Shown here: positions 23,813-32,139 of the stretch, piece by piece
How positions within the stretch are numbered: position 1 is the stretch's first letter
How the letters are laid out: each line of letters opens with the position of its first letter
From: a virus
Taxonomy: Duplodnaviria > Caudoviricetes
DNA: 53,546 bases
Direction: 5' to 3' (one strand)
Virus record (IMG/VR): IMGVR_UViG_3300032164_000019
Coordinates: 1-53,546 of that record
Notes under the pieces: generated by a model
Seen by the model: only the letters and a program-made list of their open reading frames with translations
Told to the model about the DNA's origin: nothing
Database searches by the model: none
Program-made: the position numbers and the translations under genes

Positions 23813-24535
23813 ATGTCTTTGCCAAAAATAGTGGTACCAACTTATGAGTTGATTTTACCATCGAAAAAAGAAAAAATACAATTTAGACCGTTCTTAGTGA
23901 AAGAAGAAAAGATCCTTCTTATGGCTGCGGAAAGTAAAGATTCATCCGAAATGATAAGAGCCATGAGACAAATTATAAAGAACTGTTTGTTAAATGAAAA
24001 ATTGGATATAGATAAATTACCGCTTTTTGATTTGGAATACATTTTCTTACAATTAAGATCCAAGTCCGTTGGAGAAGTTTTAGAAACGAGATTTGTTTGT
24101 AAAAATATTGTGGATGCTAAAGAGTGTGGTAATAGCGAAAAGGTTCTTATACCTTTAGATAAAGTTCAAGTAGAATTTCCAAAACAGGATTATTCTCTTA
24201 TTAAATTATCTGCTACAATGGCACTTAAGTTAAAATATCCAACATTTGAAATTTTAGAATTATTGGCCAAATCAACCGGTAATAAATACGATGATATATT
24301 TGCATCTATAGGTCAATGTATTGATTGTGTTGTGGATGGAGAAGAAGTTTACACCACATTTACTGATGAAGAATTAAATGAATTCCTCGAAAGTATGCCG
24401 AAAAATAAATTTGAATTGATTGAAAAATTCTTAGATAATCTTCCTAAAATAAAGATAGAAATTCCATTTCTTTGCAGAAAATGTGGATATAAAGAAACTT
24501 TGGTATTAGAGGACCTTCAAAGTTTTTTCGACTAG
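23813..24535 (+). CDS. baseplate hub subunit gp26
   Basis: MSLPKI..PTYEL.LPS..FRPFLVKEEKILLMA, DLEYIFLQLRSKSVGE. Confidence 0.9.
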   Translation: MSLPKIVVPTYELILPSKKEKIQFRPFLVKEEKILLMAAESKDSSEMIRAMRQIIKNCLLNEKLDIDKLPLFDLEYIFLQLRSKSVGEVLETRFVCKNIVDAKECGNSEKVLIPLDKVQVEFPKQDYSLIKLSATMALKLKYPTFEILELLAKSTGNKYDDIFASIGQCIDCVVDGEEVYTTFTDEELNEFLESMPKNKFELIEKFLDNLPKIKIEIPFLCRKCGYKETLVLEDLQSFFD

Positions 24536-24723
24536 TGTTTGGTCATGATACGTTGAGTAATTTTTATTTGACAAATTTTGCCATGGTACAACACCATAAG
24601 TATAGTTTGCATGAATTAGAGGATATGATGCCTTGGGAAAGAGTGATTTATATTGAATTATTGAATCAGTACCTAAAAGATAAAGAAGAACGAGAAAAGA
24701 AAAGGCAGGAGAGGGGTTTCTAA
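24535..24723 (+). CDS. baseplate hub assembly catalyst gp51
   Basis: NFAMVQHHKYSL.ELE.MMPWER.IY motif. Confidence 0.88.
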   Translation: MFGHDTLSNFYLTNFAMVQHHKYSLHELEDMMPWERVIYIELLNQYLKDKEEREKKRQERGF

Positions 24724-27700
24724 ATGAAATTTACTAAGTATGGACCTAATGGAGAAATCTTAGAAAAAGGCCCAGACGGTAGATATTTACCGAGTACTCC
24801 AAAACCACCTACAAAACCTGAAGAAAAAATGTCATTAGAAGATCAAATGCTCGCGATGAGTTATACACCTACTCCAACAGGAAGCGATGGTCGTCCAACA
24901 AAAGAAGGAATTATAGCTCACGCTAAAAAGGTGGACGATTTACAAAGGAGAATTGTAGAGAGAGATAAAATATCCGCGGCTGAAAAAAAAGCGGCTGAAA
25001 AAAAAGCTGAAATAGATAAGGCCCGTGTTAAATCGGAACTTCCTAAACCAGCGGAACCTTTAAAACCTTCTGTGGTGAAACCGGCGGAATCAGTAAAAGA
25101 AAAAACGGATAGTTTTGCGGCTAAGTTGAAAAAAGAAGGAAAAGAAAGAACCGAACGAATAAAAGCGGATTTTTCAGAAAAAAAAGGAGAAGGTTTATTT
25201 TCTCTTTCCAGATTAGATTTTGTACCTAAAAAGGATAAAGAACCTAAAGCGGCTCCGAAATCCGAAGAACCTGAAGCGGCTCCAAAATCCGAAGAACCTA
25301 AAGTAGCACCAAAACCAGAAGAACCTAAAGCGGCTCCGAAACCAGAAAAACCGAAGAAAACTCCAAAACCAAAAGAACCTAAAGAAGCTCCAAAAAGAGT
25401 TAAAAAAGTTAAAGAACCTATAAGTGAACCAGCAATTATAGAAAAACCGAAGAAAACTCGAAAACCTAAAGAACCAAAATTAGCCGGGTTTGATGCCAAA
25501 TCATCTATAGGTAATGATCCAATACCTGAAACAAAAGAAGCACCTAAAGAAGAAAAAGCAGCAAAAGAAAATATAGCCAACAGAATATTTGGTAGATTAA
25601 AAAGTAAAGCAAAGGGATTTTTTGAAGGTGGTAAAAAAGTTGTAGAAAATACCGAAGAATCTCCAGAATTACAAGATACACAAACAGATGTTCCGAAACC
25701 CGATTTAGATGTTGAAAAACAACCTTTAGGTATGTTTGGTCAAACAACAATATATCATGCAAATAAGCCTGAAGAGGAAGAACCACCTAAAAAGAAACGT
25801 AGAAAGAAAAAAGGCGAAGTTGACGAAGAACCTACAGTAAAATCACAATCTACTGATCCTAAGTCTGGATGGGATTCGGAAGAAAATACTAGTATTTTTG
25901 GAGGATCTTCAAAACGGTTCTATAGAAAAGTAAAATTATCCAGAAAAGAAAAAAAAGATATAAATTCTGGAACAAATGAAATCGAAGATAGCGGAAAAAC
26001 ATCAAAATCGGATCCAGCACCTAAAAGTCTCGCAGGTATATTAAACAAGCATACTAAACTTTTGACGGTAATAGCTGCGGGCGTTAAGAAAATGTCTGGG
26101 ATAAAATCCAAAGATATAGATTATGAAGGCAAACTTACTGATAAATTAAAAGGTAAAACGGAAAGAGTTGTTGGTGAAAAAAGGAAAAAAGATAAAAATG
26201 GAATCTTTGATGATGATTTTCTTAAAAAATTAACAAGTAATAATCCGTTTGTTAATTTACCAATTGAGATGGCTAAATGGGGGTTAAGTTTTATTAGTTC
26301 ATTAGGAGCTATGATGGCTCTTAAACTTACGGCATTTGCAGTGGCCCTTGCGGCAGCATACGATTTATATAAAGGATTTAAAGAAGGTTATGATGATATT
26401 GATACTCAAAAACAAACTTTAAATCCATCTTTTGATACAGAAACCCAAAAAACGATGGGTGGTTTCGTTGGTATGGCCAAGACTACTGGACGTTGGCTAG
26501 ATAAAGTTAATGATAAAATTTTTGGTAAAAAGCGCCAAGGCGAACTTACATTTGAAGATATAGGTGCTTCATCTTCAACTAATGTCTTAAATCGGTTCGG
26601 TGAGGCAATGCATGATGTTGCTAATAATCCAATTGTACCAATGGTAGAAAATAATCCTGAAAATCAAGCTATAATTAAAGCAATATCCGAACAACAAAAA
26701 CTAGCGAGAGAAACGGGAATACCAACAAAACCTGAGGATGTAATTAAACCACCAACTCCTCCCCCTTCTAATGAAGCAATAAGATACCAACGTCAGGAAG
26801 CTTTAGAAAAATGGAAAAAAATTAGACAACCTATTATAGCACCAATACCACCATCTGATAGTAAAACAACATCTAATGTAGAAAGAGAAAAAGGACAACG
26901 GGGAGATCCTGTAGGAAAAGATCTTCTAACCATGGCTAGAATTTCGGAAACTGGTCCCAAGACAGGTAGTGCCGCAGATATTAAAGCTTATGGTAAGAAT
27001 AATAAAGATGGAGAAGGATATTCATATGGAGCATATCAATTTCATTCATTATATGGATTAAAAGAATTCTTACCTTTTCTCAAACAAAAATATCCAAAAT
27101 TTGCAAAAATTCTTTACGATGCTGGTGGTATCCCTGCCGCACAAAAAAATTCGCCTAAATTTGTTGCAGCATGGGAAGCATTAGCAAATAATAAGGAATT
27201 TCATAAAGCGCAGGATGAAGGAATATTAGAATTATATGGCAAACCAGTTTTCTCTTTAGTAAAGAGCCAAACCGGTTTAGATTTTTCAAAAAAATCATTG
27301 AAAATTCAATCCGGAATTGCATCAATGGCTATTAATAAGGGCAATCAAGGCGCAGCCAATATAATTAAAAGCACATTTTCAGGCGCAAATCAACAAGTGG
27401 TTGATAGTATGTCTGATAAAGAATTAGCAAATAGAATAGCTTCTTCTAGGGCATTGGATCTTGAAGGCAGTAAAAATAGAGGTGACCAAGGATTATGGAA
27501 TAGAATAGAAAATGAAAAAATAAGTATGGGAGGTGACCCCGGACAAAGAATTTTTAAAAACGACGAAGGTATAACTGTGCCTAGTCCTAAACCTACAGTT
27601 GAACTAGCAAAAATTGAATCTCCTCAAACAGGTAAACAACTCTACACCGCTTCAGTTAATGTTGAAGAACAAAGAAATGCACCACAACCTCAACAACCGG

Positions 27701-27828
27701 TTGTGGTGCAAACTAGCCAACAAAACACTAGTGTACAAAATAATACTATGATTACTCCGGCTAATCCTAGAGGAACCGAATCAACTCATGAGCAAATTAT
27801 GCGTAAGGCCTTCGGCGGTGGTTTTTAA
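24724..27828 (+). CDS. gp29-like tape-measure/hub protein with VgrG3-like muramidase domain
   Basis: Follows gp26-gp51; K/E/P low-complexity N-half, a hydrophobic segment, and SE..G...SYGAYQF...F..AW..LA...F..AQ motif. Confidence 0.65.
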   Translation: MKFTKYGPNGEILEKGPDGRYLPSTPKPPTKPEEKMSLEDQMLAMSYTPTPTGSDGRPTKEGIIAHAKKVDDLQRRIVERDKISAAEKKAAEKKAEIDKARVKSELPKPAEPLKPSVVKPAESVKEKTDSFAAKLKKEGKERTERIKADFSEKKGEGLFSLSRLDFVPKKDKEPKAAPKSEEPEAAPKSEEPKVAPKPEEPKAAPKPEKPKKTPKPKEPKEAPKRVKKVKEPISEPAIIEKPKKTRKPKEPKLAGFDAKSSIGNDPIPETKEAPKEEKAAKENIANRIFGRLKSKAKGFFEGGKKVVENTEESPELQDTQTDVPKPDLDVEKQPLGMFGQTTIYHANKPEEEEPPKKKRRKKKGEVDEEPTVKSQSTDPKSGWDSEENTSIFGGSSKRFYRKVKLSRKEKKDINSGTNEIEDSGKTSKSDPAPKSLAGILNKHTKLLTVIAAGVKKMSGIKSKDIDYEGKLTDKLKGKTERVVGEKRKKDKNGIFDDDFLKKLTSNNPFVNLPIEMAKWGLSFISSLGAMMALKLTAFAVALAAAYDLYKGFKEGYDDIDTQKQTLNPSFDTETQKTMGGFVGMAKTTGRWLDKVNDKIFGKKRQGELTFEDIGASSSTNVLNRFGEAMHDVANNPIVPMVENNPENQAIIKAISEQQKLARETGIPTKPEDVIKPPTPPPSNEAIRYQRQEALEKWKKIRQPIIAPIPPSDSKTTSNVEREKGQRGDPVGKDLLTMARISETGPKTGSAADIKAYGKNNKDGEGYSYGAYQFHSLYGLKEFLPFLKQKYPKFAKILYDAGGIPAAQKNSPKFVAAWEALANNKEFHKAQDEGILELYGKPVFSLVKSQTGLDFSKKSLKIQSGIASMAINKGNQGAANIIKSTFSGANQQVVDSMSDKELANRIASSRALDLEGSKNRGDQGLWNRIENEKISMGGDPGQRIFKNDEGITVPSPKPTVELAKIESPQTGKQLYTASVNVEEQRNAPQPQQPVVVQTSQQNTSVQNNTMITPANPRGTESTHEQIMRKAFGGGF
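25240..25347 (+). repeat. four 27-bp tandem repeats (EPKAAPK(S/P)E)
   Basis: GAACCTAAAGCGGCTCCGAAATCCGAA-like units. Confidence 0.85.
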
Positions 27829-28479
27829 GCTTTAGCCAAATTCTCGAAATAAGATAGATCATCACCTTCCCCTGTAGCCCAAGGTAGTTCATCACTATCC
27901 TTTTCAGACTCAGGTTCTGACTCTTTTTCTAATTTCTTTGGGGCCTTAACTTTTTTCGGCTTAGATTCAGCCACTTCCAATTCATCTTCAACAGTTTCAC
28001 TCTTAGCAGAACCATTAACATTACCAACAACCTTTAAGAATCTGGCCTTTAATTCATCATAAGTCTTAAAGTTCTTTTCATCGGTGAACTCACTTAAAGG
28101 ATATTCTTTCTCCCAAATCTTTTTGATTTCCGCATCCTTACCTTCACACAAAGCGGAAGGATTATCAAACATAGATTTATCATAATTGACATATCCTAAT
28201 ACTTTACCAGCACGAAGCTTAAAGTTTGCGCCATCCCAGAAAGAGAATGGATTAATAGGTTGATCTGTACTATCTTCAGCAGGATTCAAAAGATCATTAA
28301 TCTTCTCAAAGATTTTTTGTCCAAACTTAAATAGAAAAACTTTACCATTATTTGCAGGTTCTTTAGGATCACTAACTACCAAAATATTACTAACATAGAT
28401 GAGTTTTCTTTTACGGCCTCTAACAATATCTTGGTTTGCTTTTACTTCAGTATTCCAAAGAACTGTATTTGCTTCACAA
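27825..28479 (-). CDS. ssDNA-binding protein gp32, exon 2
   Basis: Open frame from (T)TGT GAA: CEANTVLW...RKRKLIYVSNILVVSDP...GKVFLFKFG.KIF, GANFKL, NYDKS, acidic tail. Confidence 0.93.
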
Positions 28480-28555
28480 CTCTTATGTTGCGGTTAAATC
28501 GTTTCCATTTAACCTCTTATATTTTCATATAAGGACAGACTATATCACCACCCCT

Positions 28556-29536
28556 TTAAAGGGTGCTCTGCATTTCGAGAGTACTACTCTCTACTGGTAT
28601 ACCCATAGTCGTTGAACCTTCTCCATAGTTTTTAACTTTAGGAGCTTGGCTGCTGATTATCCAATTTAAAGACTTTTTAAACCTTTCAAGTTCTTCCTTT
28701 CGAAACTTAACACCTTGTTTTGTTTTTCTGATTCTATTAAAAACAGCAAATAAAAATATATATCCTTCTTTTTCTACTGCCATCTTTTTCTCAATACAGT
28801 TTTGATAATGTTTTTCCAAAGTATATTGGCTTTTTACTTCAATAATCAAATGTAAATGAGGCAAATAAATATCAGGATAATAAGTAGAATTACCGTAAAT
28901 AAAACTAGGAACATTAGAAATCCCAACTTTAATATCATTGTTATTAAAGTTGAAATCGTTAATAAGAATATCCAATACAAACCATTCATATCCTTGTACC
29001 TTTATTTCTTTTCCAAAGAAATTATATGATTTATACCAACTACTTTTTTCCTTAGTTTTCATAATCTTTTCCGAAATCGCTTTTCTTTCAAATTCATCCT
29101 TTTTTGACCATTGTAATTTGGTTTTTTCCGAATGAAAATTATTCCCATAACGATTAAGTATTGTTTTTTCTCTTTTTTCTAATAAAGAGACCCAATAAGT
29201 TTGTGTTTTTTGGTTTAAGGTTTTTCGTATGTTTAATTTAAAAGATTCTAATTTTTGAGGATCATTAACAAATCTATCCCTAACAGATTTTCTATGTTCT
29301 TCCGATTTACAAGCATGAATATCCGAACAATACTTTCCATATCCATCAGAAATACCTTTGAAAGAAACAACTTTATTACATCCATCAAAACGGCAAACAT
29401 CCTCATTTTCTTCTTTTAAGAACATATCATAATATTCTTTTGATTTTATACCCAATTTTCTCAACCTATTACACAAACCCCTTAACGTAGTAAATTCACT
29501 ATTATCAACAAGGCATTTAAATATTTTGTTATCCAT
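28556..29536 (-). CDS. intron-encoded PD-(D/E)XK-type putative homing endonuclease
   Basis: Cys-rich N-terminus; VQGYE...YYPDIYL...IIEVKS core; C-terminal residues are read through the intron core. Confidence 0.8.
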   Translation of the reverse strand: MDNKIFKCLVDNSEFTTLRGLCNRLRKLGIKSKEYYDMFLKEENEDVCRFDGCNKVVSFKGISDGYGKYCSDIHACKSEEHRKSVRDRFVNDPQKLESFKLNIRKTLNQKTQTYWVSLLEKREKTILNRYGNNFHSEKTKLQWSKKDEFERKAISEKIMKTKEKSSWYKSYNFFGKEIKVQGYEWFVLDILINDFNFNNNDIKVGISNVPSFIYGNSTYYPDIYLPHLHLIIEVKSQYTLEKHYQNCIEKKMAVEKEGYIFLFAVFNRIRKTKQGVKFRKEELERFKKSLNWIISSQAPKVKNYGEGSTTMGIPVESSTLEMQSTL

Positions 29537-29541
29537 AAAAC

Positions 29542-29549
29542 TATTTATA
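29542..29549 (-). promoter_or_regulatory. late promoter TATAAATA inside the intron
   Basis: 5 nt upstream of endonuclease ATG 29536. Confidence 0.75.
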
Positions 29550-29665
29550 CCAATACATTTCAGGTTAACTCTATATTATGACTTGTGTGGTGCCTTAACT
29601 TAAGGACTTTCCAGCAATTAACAGAGTTTTCATTAAAAATTACTTTTTAATGCCGCTATTAGCTA

Positions 29666-29943
29666 ACGGGGCAAGCTCTACCGCTGAGAGAAGTTAAACA
29701 ATTCTCAAATAACCATCCAGCGGTACCTTTAAATTGGTGTGTGAAATAACGAATAAATGGAAAATCTTCTCCTTCAGGAGCCATTAAAAAACGAATAACG
29801 GCACTACCATTATCGGCTTTATCTCGTTTTAGGGACCAGAAACGGTCATCAGCGAAGTTTGCTTTGGAATTTAAGCCCTCAATACGTTCTTGGAGCTTTT
29901 TACGGACATCATCTTTATTTTTCTTTAATTGTGCGAAATCCAT
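29666..29943 (-). CDS. ssDNA-binding protein gp32, exon 1
   Basis: DDRFW...DKADNGSAVIRFL, H.FKG..GW.FENC.TS...CP; 278+655 nt joins to a 310-aa protein. Confidence 0.93.
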
Positions 29944-30000
29944 ATGTACCTTTTATTTTTTTGTATTTTAATTATTCACTAGGTACTCATAATATAATCT

Positions 30001-30029
30001 ATTATACTACATTATAAGCAGGTTGTCAA
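30001..30029 (-). promoter_or_regulatory. sigma70 promoter for gene 32
   Basis: TTGACA-17 nt-TATAAT. Confidence 0.8.
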
Positions 30030-30641
30030 CTTCTTTTTTAATTCCTGCTTAATATTATTTATATCGCATTTTATAAAGGGTCGGTATTTTTGTATCGAAT
30101 TATACCTTTCTACCCAAATAATATTACCTTTAAAATGTTCGTTATAATGTTTCAAAAATCCAAAAATCTCATCCAATATAATCAACGTTTCTAAAGAAAT
30201 AACCTTTTGAAAACAATATGTTATAATTAACGGAAACATTTGAAAATCTTTTCCTGAATACTCAAAAAGGCTTTTGAAGGATTTTGCATTGAATCTAATC
30301 GATGATAGTAGAATATCAATATCGCGCATAAAATAGTAAGAAATAGCGTCTGCCCGCTTTTTCCAAGCAAGGTAAAGTGCTTCAGAATCAGTATTTAAGA
30401 GCAAATCCCCAACCCAAGAAGGTTGATTCTGTGAAATGAAATTAGCTACGAAGAAATCTATTAGCTCAGTCCTAGTAAATTTCTTCGCTAGTTTCTCAAA
30501 GAAATACCGGTCTTTACGCTTTTCGAACGAAACTCTGGTAACATTCGTTTTACCGGAGTATTTGAAAAAGTCGTAAGAGGAGTTATCTGAGAAGTGGGCT
30601 TTTAACGCAATATAAACTTGAAAGGCTTCAAATGAGGACAT
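30012..30641 (-). CDS. helicase loader gp59
   Basis: YIALKAHF...YDFFKY.GK...FEKRKDRYFFEKL, ISLETLIILD, KYRPF. Confidence 0.9.
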   Translation of the reverse strand: MSSFEAFQVYIALKAHFSDNSSYDFFKYSGKTNVTRVSFEKRKDRYFFEKLAKKFTRTELIDFFVANFISQNQPSWVGDLLLNTDSEALYLAWKKRADAISYYFMRDIDILLSSIRFNAKSFKSLFEYSGKDFQMFPLIITYCFQKVISLETLIILDEIFGFLKHYNEHFKGNIIWVERYNSIQKYRPFIKCDINNIKQELKKKLTTCL

Positions 30642-30686
30642 TAGGCATCATCTCTCCGAAAAACGATGATAATAAAATTCGTTTAG

Positions 30687-30911
30687 TCATATAGGTAACT
30701 TTGAAGTGGCTTTAATTAAGTTTAATCTTTCCGCATCTAAACGAATTTTATATTTAATTACGGAATTGATAAAAGGAGTAATATCAAGCACGTCTAATCC
30801 TCTACATGAGCAAAAGAAAGTAACGGCATCGATATAGTTTAATCTCCTATGTCGGACGATAGTTTCAATTTCAACCGCAAATTTATCAGGAGTCAATTTT
30901 ATGAACTCCAT
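30687..30911 (-). CDS. late-transcription coactivator gp33
   Basis: F..EIE.IV....LNYIDAV..FC...LK.KI..DAE.LNL pattern; gene order 33-59-32. Confidence 0.85.
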   Translation of the reverse strand: MEFIKLTPDKFAVEIETIVRHRRLNYIDAVTFFCSCRGLDVLDITPFINSVIKYKIRLDAERLNLIKATSKLPI

Positions 30912-30991
30912 TGAATTACCTGTAAAAGTAAATAGAAAACTCCATAAGTAACGAGACTAGTAATTCCGATTACAATTAATTTGTCTTTCAT
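30899..30991 (-). CDS. 30-aa single-transmembrane microprotein
   Basis: MKDKLIVIGITSLVTYGVFYLLLQVIQWSS*, with AGGA upstream. Confidence 0.4.
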   Translation of the reverse strand: MKDKLIVIGITSLVTYGVFYLLLQVIQWSS

Positions 30992-30996
30992 ATTTT

Positions 30997-31158
30997 TTAT
31001 CCTAATAAATTACAACATTCTTCACAATAATATCCCCATTTTCCATCGGGATAAATTTCTTTCAATTTATCATCGATATTGAAATCGTAACCCTCTTTAA
31101 CTGCACGTATAAATCCGCATCTATCACAATAATCATGTCCATCACATAGAGTCCACAT
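30997..31158 (-). CDS. 53-aa putative zinc-binding protein
   Basis: MWTLCDGHDYCDRCG...YYCEECCNLLG*, two CxxC pairs. Confidence 0.5.
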   Translation of the reverse strand: MWTLCDGHDYCDRCGFIRAVKEGYDFNIDDKLKEIYPDGKWGYYCEECCNLLG

Positions 31159-31214
31159 TATATGTACATCGCCTTATTAATTCCTCTGAGATTAAGAAAA
31201 GAATCCATAATATT

Positions 31215-31387
31215 AAATGCTGGGATTTGATTAGAAGGTTCCCAGCCGACCTCCCTCATTTAGGCGCTTGCGGCCATAACAAGTGGCTTAGTATTAATAG
31301 CCTTTATTGTTTACGTTTTTCTCGTGGACGTCCCACTAGTCAGTCTTTCTCCGCCCCATTCGATCTTGTCGAATGCCTTACGCCCCC
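31215..31387 (-). ncRNA. ssrA: two-piece tmRNA, coding piece
   Basis: Starts GGGGGCG-UAAGGCAUUCGAC; resume context AAUAAAG|GCU; tag AINTKPLVMAASA* at 31301-31260; 3' hairpin GCUGGGA/UCCCAGC. The 3' end is approximate. Confidence 0.88.
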
Positions 31388-31552
31388 ACCAGGGCCCTCA
31401 ATTATTTTATGTATTAAAAGAAGCTGGCATTACTCTCAAGATAGTTGAAATGGCTGGTAATTAACCGGTATAACCTCCATTCAACATTCCACTCTCTTAG
31501 CCACTCGCTCTAAGAACATGAAAAGACTAGTACAATTCCTAATTGAGGACCC
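31388..31552 (-). other. 165-nt intervening sequence of the permuted tmRNA precursor
   Basis: Ends pair: (ACCA)GGGUCCUCAAUUA with UAAUUGAGGGCCC(UGGU). Confidence 0.8.
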
Positions 31553-31634
31553 TGGTGGAAGCGGCGGGATTCGAACCCGCGTCCAAAATCGCTTCAAACT
31601 TCGATTCAGAGTTAAACATCACTCAACGACTAAC
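31553..31634 (-). ncRNA. ssrA: two-piece tmRNA, acceptor piece
   Basis: GAC-GCGGG-UUCGAAU-CCCGC-CGCUUCC-A-CCA; pairs with GGGGGCG to give G3.U70; 5' end inferred from the promoter. Confidence 0.88.
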
Positions 31635-31640
31635 AATACT

Positions 31641-31669
31641 ATTATATATCATTCCAAACTATTTGTCAA
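31641..31669 (-). promoter_or_regulatory. sigma70 promoter for tmRNA
   Basis: TTGACA-17 nt-TATAAT with TG at the extended -10 position. Confidence 0.85.
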
Positions 31670-31869
31670 GTACTATTTTTATTAGATTTCCAACTTATAA
31701 CTTCATCCGAATATAAAGCATATTCTAATAAATGTTGTTCTTCCGGTTCATCCGGATCACAATATGATTGGCACATGCAACAATATAAATCTCCATTACG
31801 GACTTTATGTAGACACTCATTCTTACATTTGGTGCATCTATATTTAGGGGGAATAGTTGTTCTTAACAT
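31666..31869 (-). CDS. small zinc-ribbon hypothetical protein
   Basis: CTKC...CCMC motifs, 67 aa. Confidence 0.55.
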   Translation of the reverse strand: MLRTTIPPKYRCTKCKNECLHKVRNGDLYCCMCQSYCDPDEPEEQHLLEYALYSDEVISWKSNKNST

Positions 31870-31981
31870 ATTCTTCGATTTTTCCTATTATTAAATGTTT
31901 TGGACAACAATATTTCCGTTTTTAAGTTTATATGCGGAAGGTAATCCACAGCACGTTAGACTTTGAACTACCTTCCAAATG

Positions 31982-32054
31982 TCGGGGTAGCAGGTCACGA
32001 TCCTGCGGCCTCCTGATCCCAAATCAGGCGCTCTTCCAACTGAGCTACACCCCG
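31982..32054 (-). tRNA. tRNA-Pro(UGG), CCA not encoded
   Basis: CGGGGUG/UACCCCG acceptor; CCUGA-UU UGG GA-UCAGG; T-arm GCAGG-AUCGUGA-CCUGC. Confidence 0.9.
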
Positions 32055-32081
32055 AAACTTATAAACTCTTTACTAAATTCT

Positions 32082-32110
32082 ATTATAGCATAAACCTATT
32101 TAGTTGTCAA
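32082..32110 (-). promoter_or_regulatory. sigma70 promoter upstream of tRNA-Pro
   Basis: TTGACA-17 nt-TATAAT with TG at the extended -10 position. Confidence 0.8.
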
Positions 32111-32139
32111 GTATCATTTTCAAACCTCATGGAATTATT

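Larger units (their letters stand above)
28480..29665 (-). mobile_element. group I intron (IA-type, with P7.1/P7.2), 1186 nt, in gene 32
   Basis: P1 CCGU|UAGCUAAUAGCGG with U.G at the splice site; P3 CUCUG/CAGAG; P4 UUGCUG/CAGCAG; P7 GACUA/UAGUC; P8; P9 hairpins; terminal G. Splicing restores CPVC in frame. Confidence 0.92.

Noticed and set aside
24918-25580. 220-aa minus-strand ORF and other antisense ORFs (e.g. 3114-5020, 9490-13041, 46309-47352, 50564-50842)
   Set aside because: Shadow frames of well-supported genes on the opposite strand.
27825-29943. gp32 as two separate genes or a pseudogene
   Set aside because: Group I splicing rejoins the halves precisely in frame.
31227-31448. 73-aa plus-strand ORF
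   Set aside because: Antisense to the tmRNA coding piece and spacer; TTG start and no RBS.
31553-31590. Truncated tRNA or att-site remnant
   Set aside because: The matching 5' half, inter-piece helices, tag frame and promoter explain it as a tmRNA piece; no integrase is in the window.
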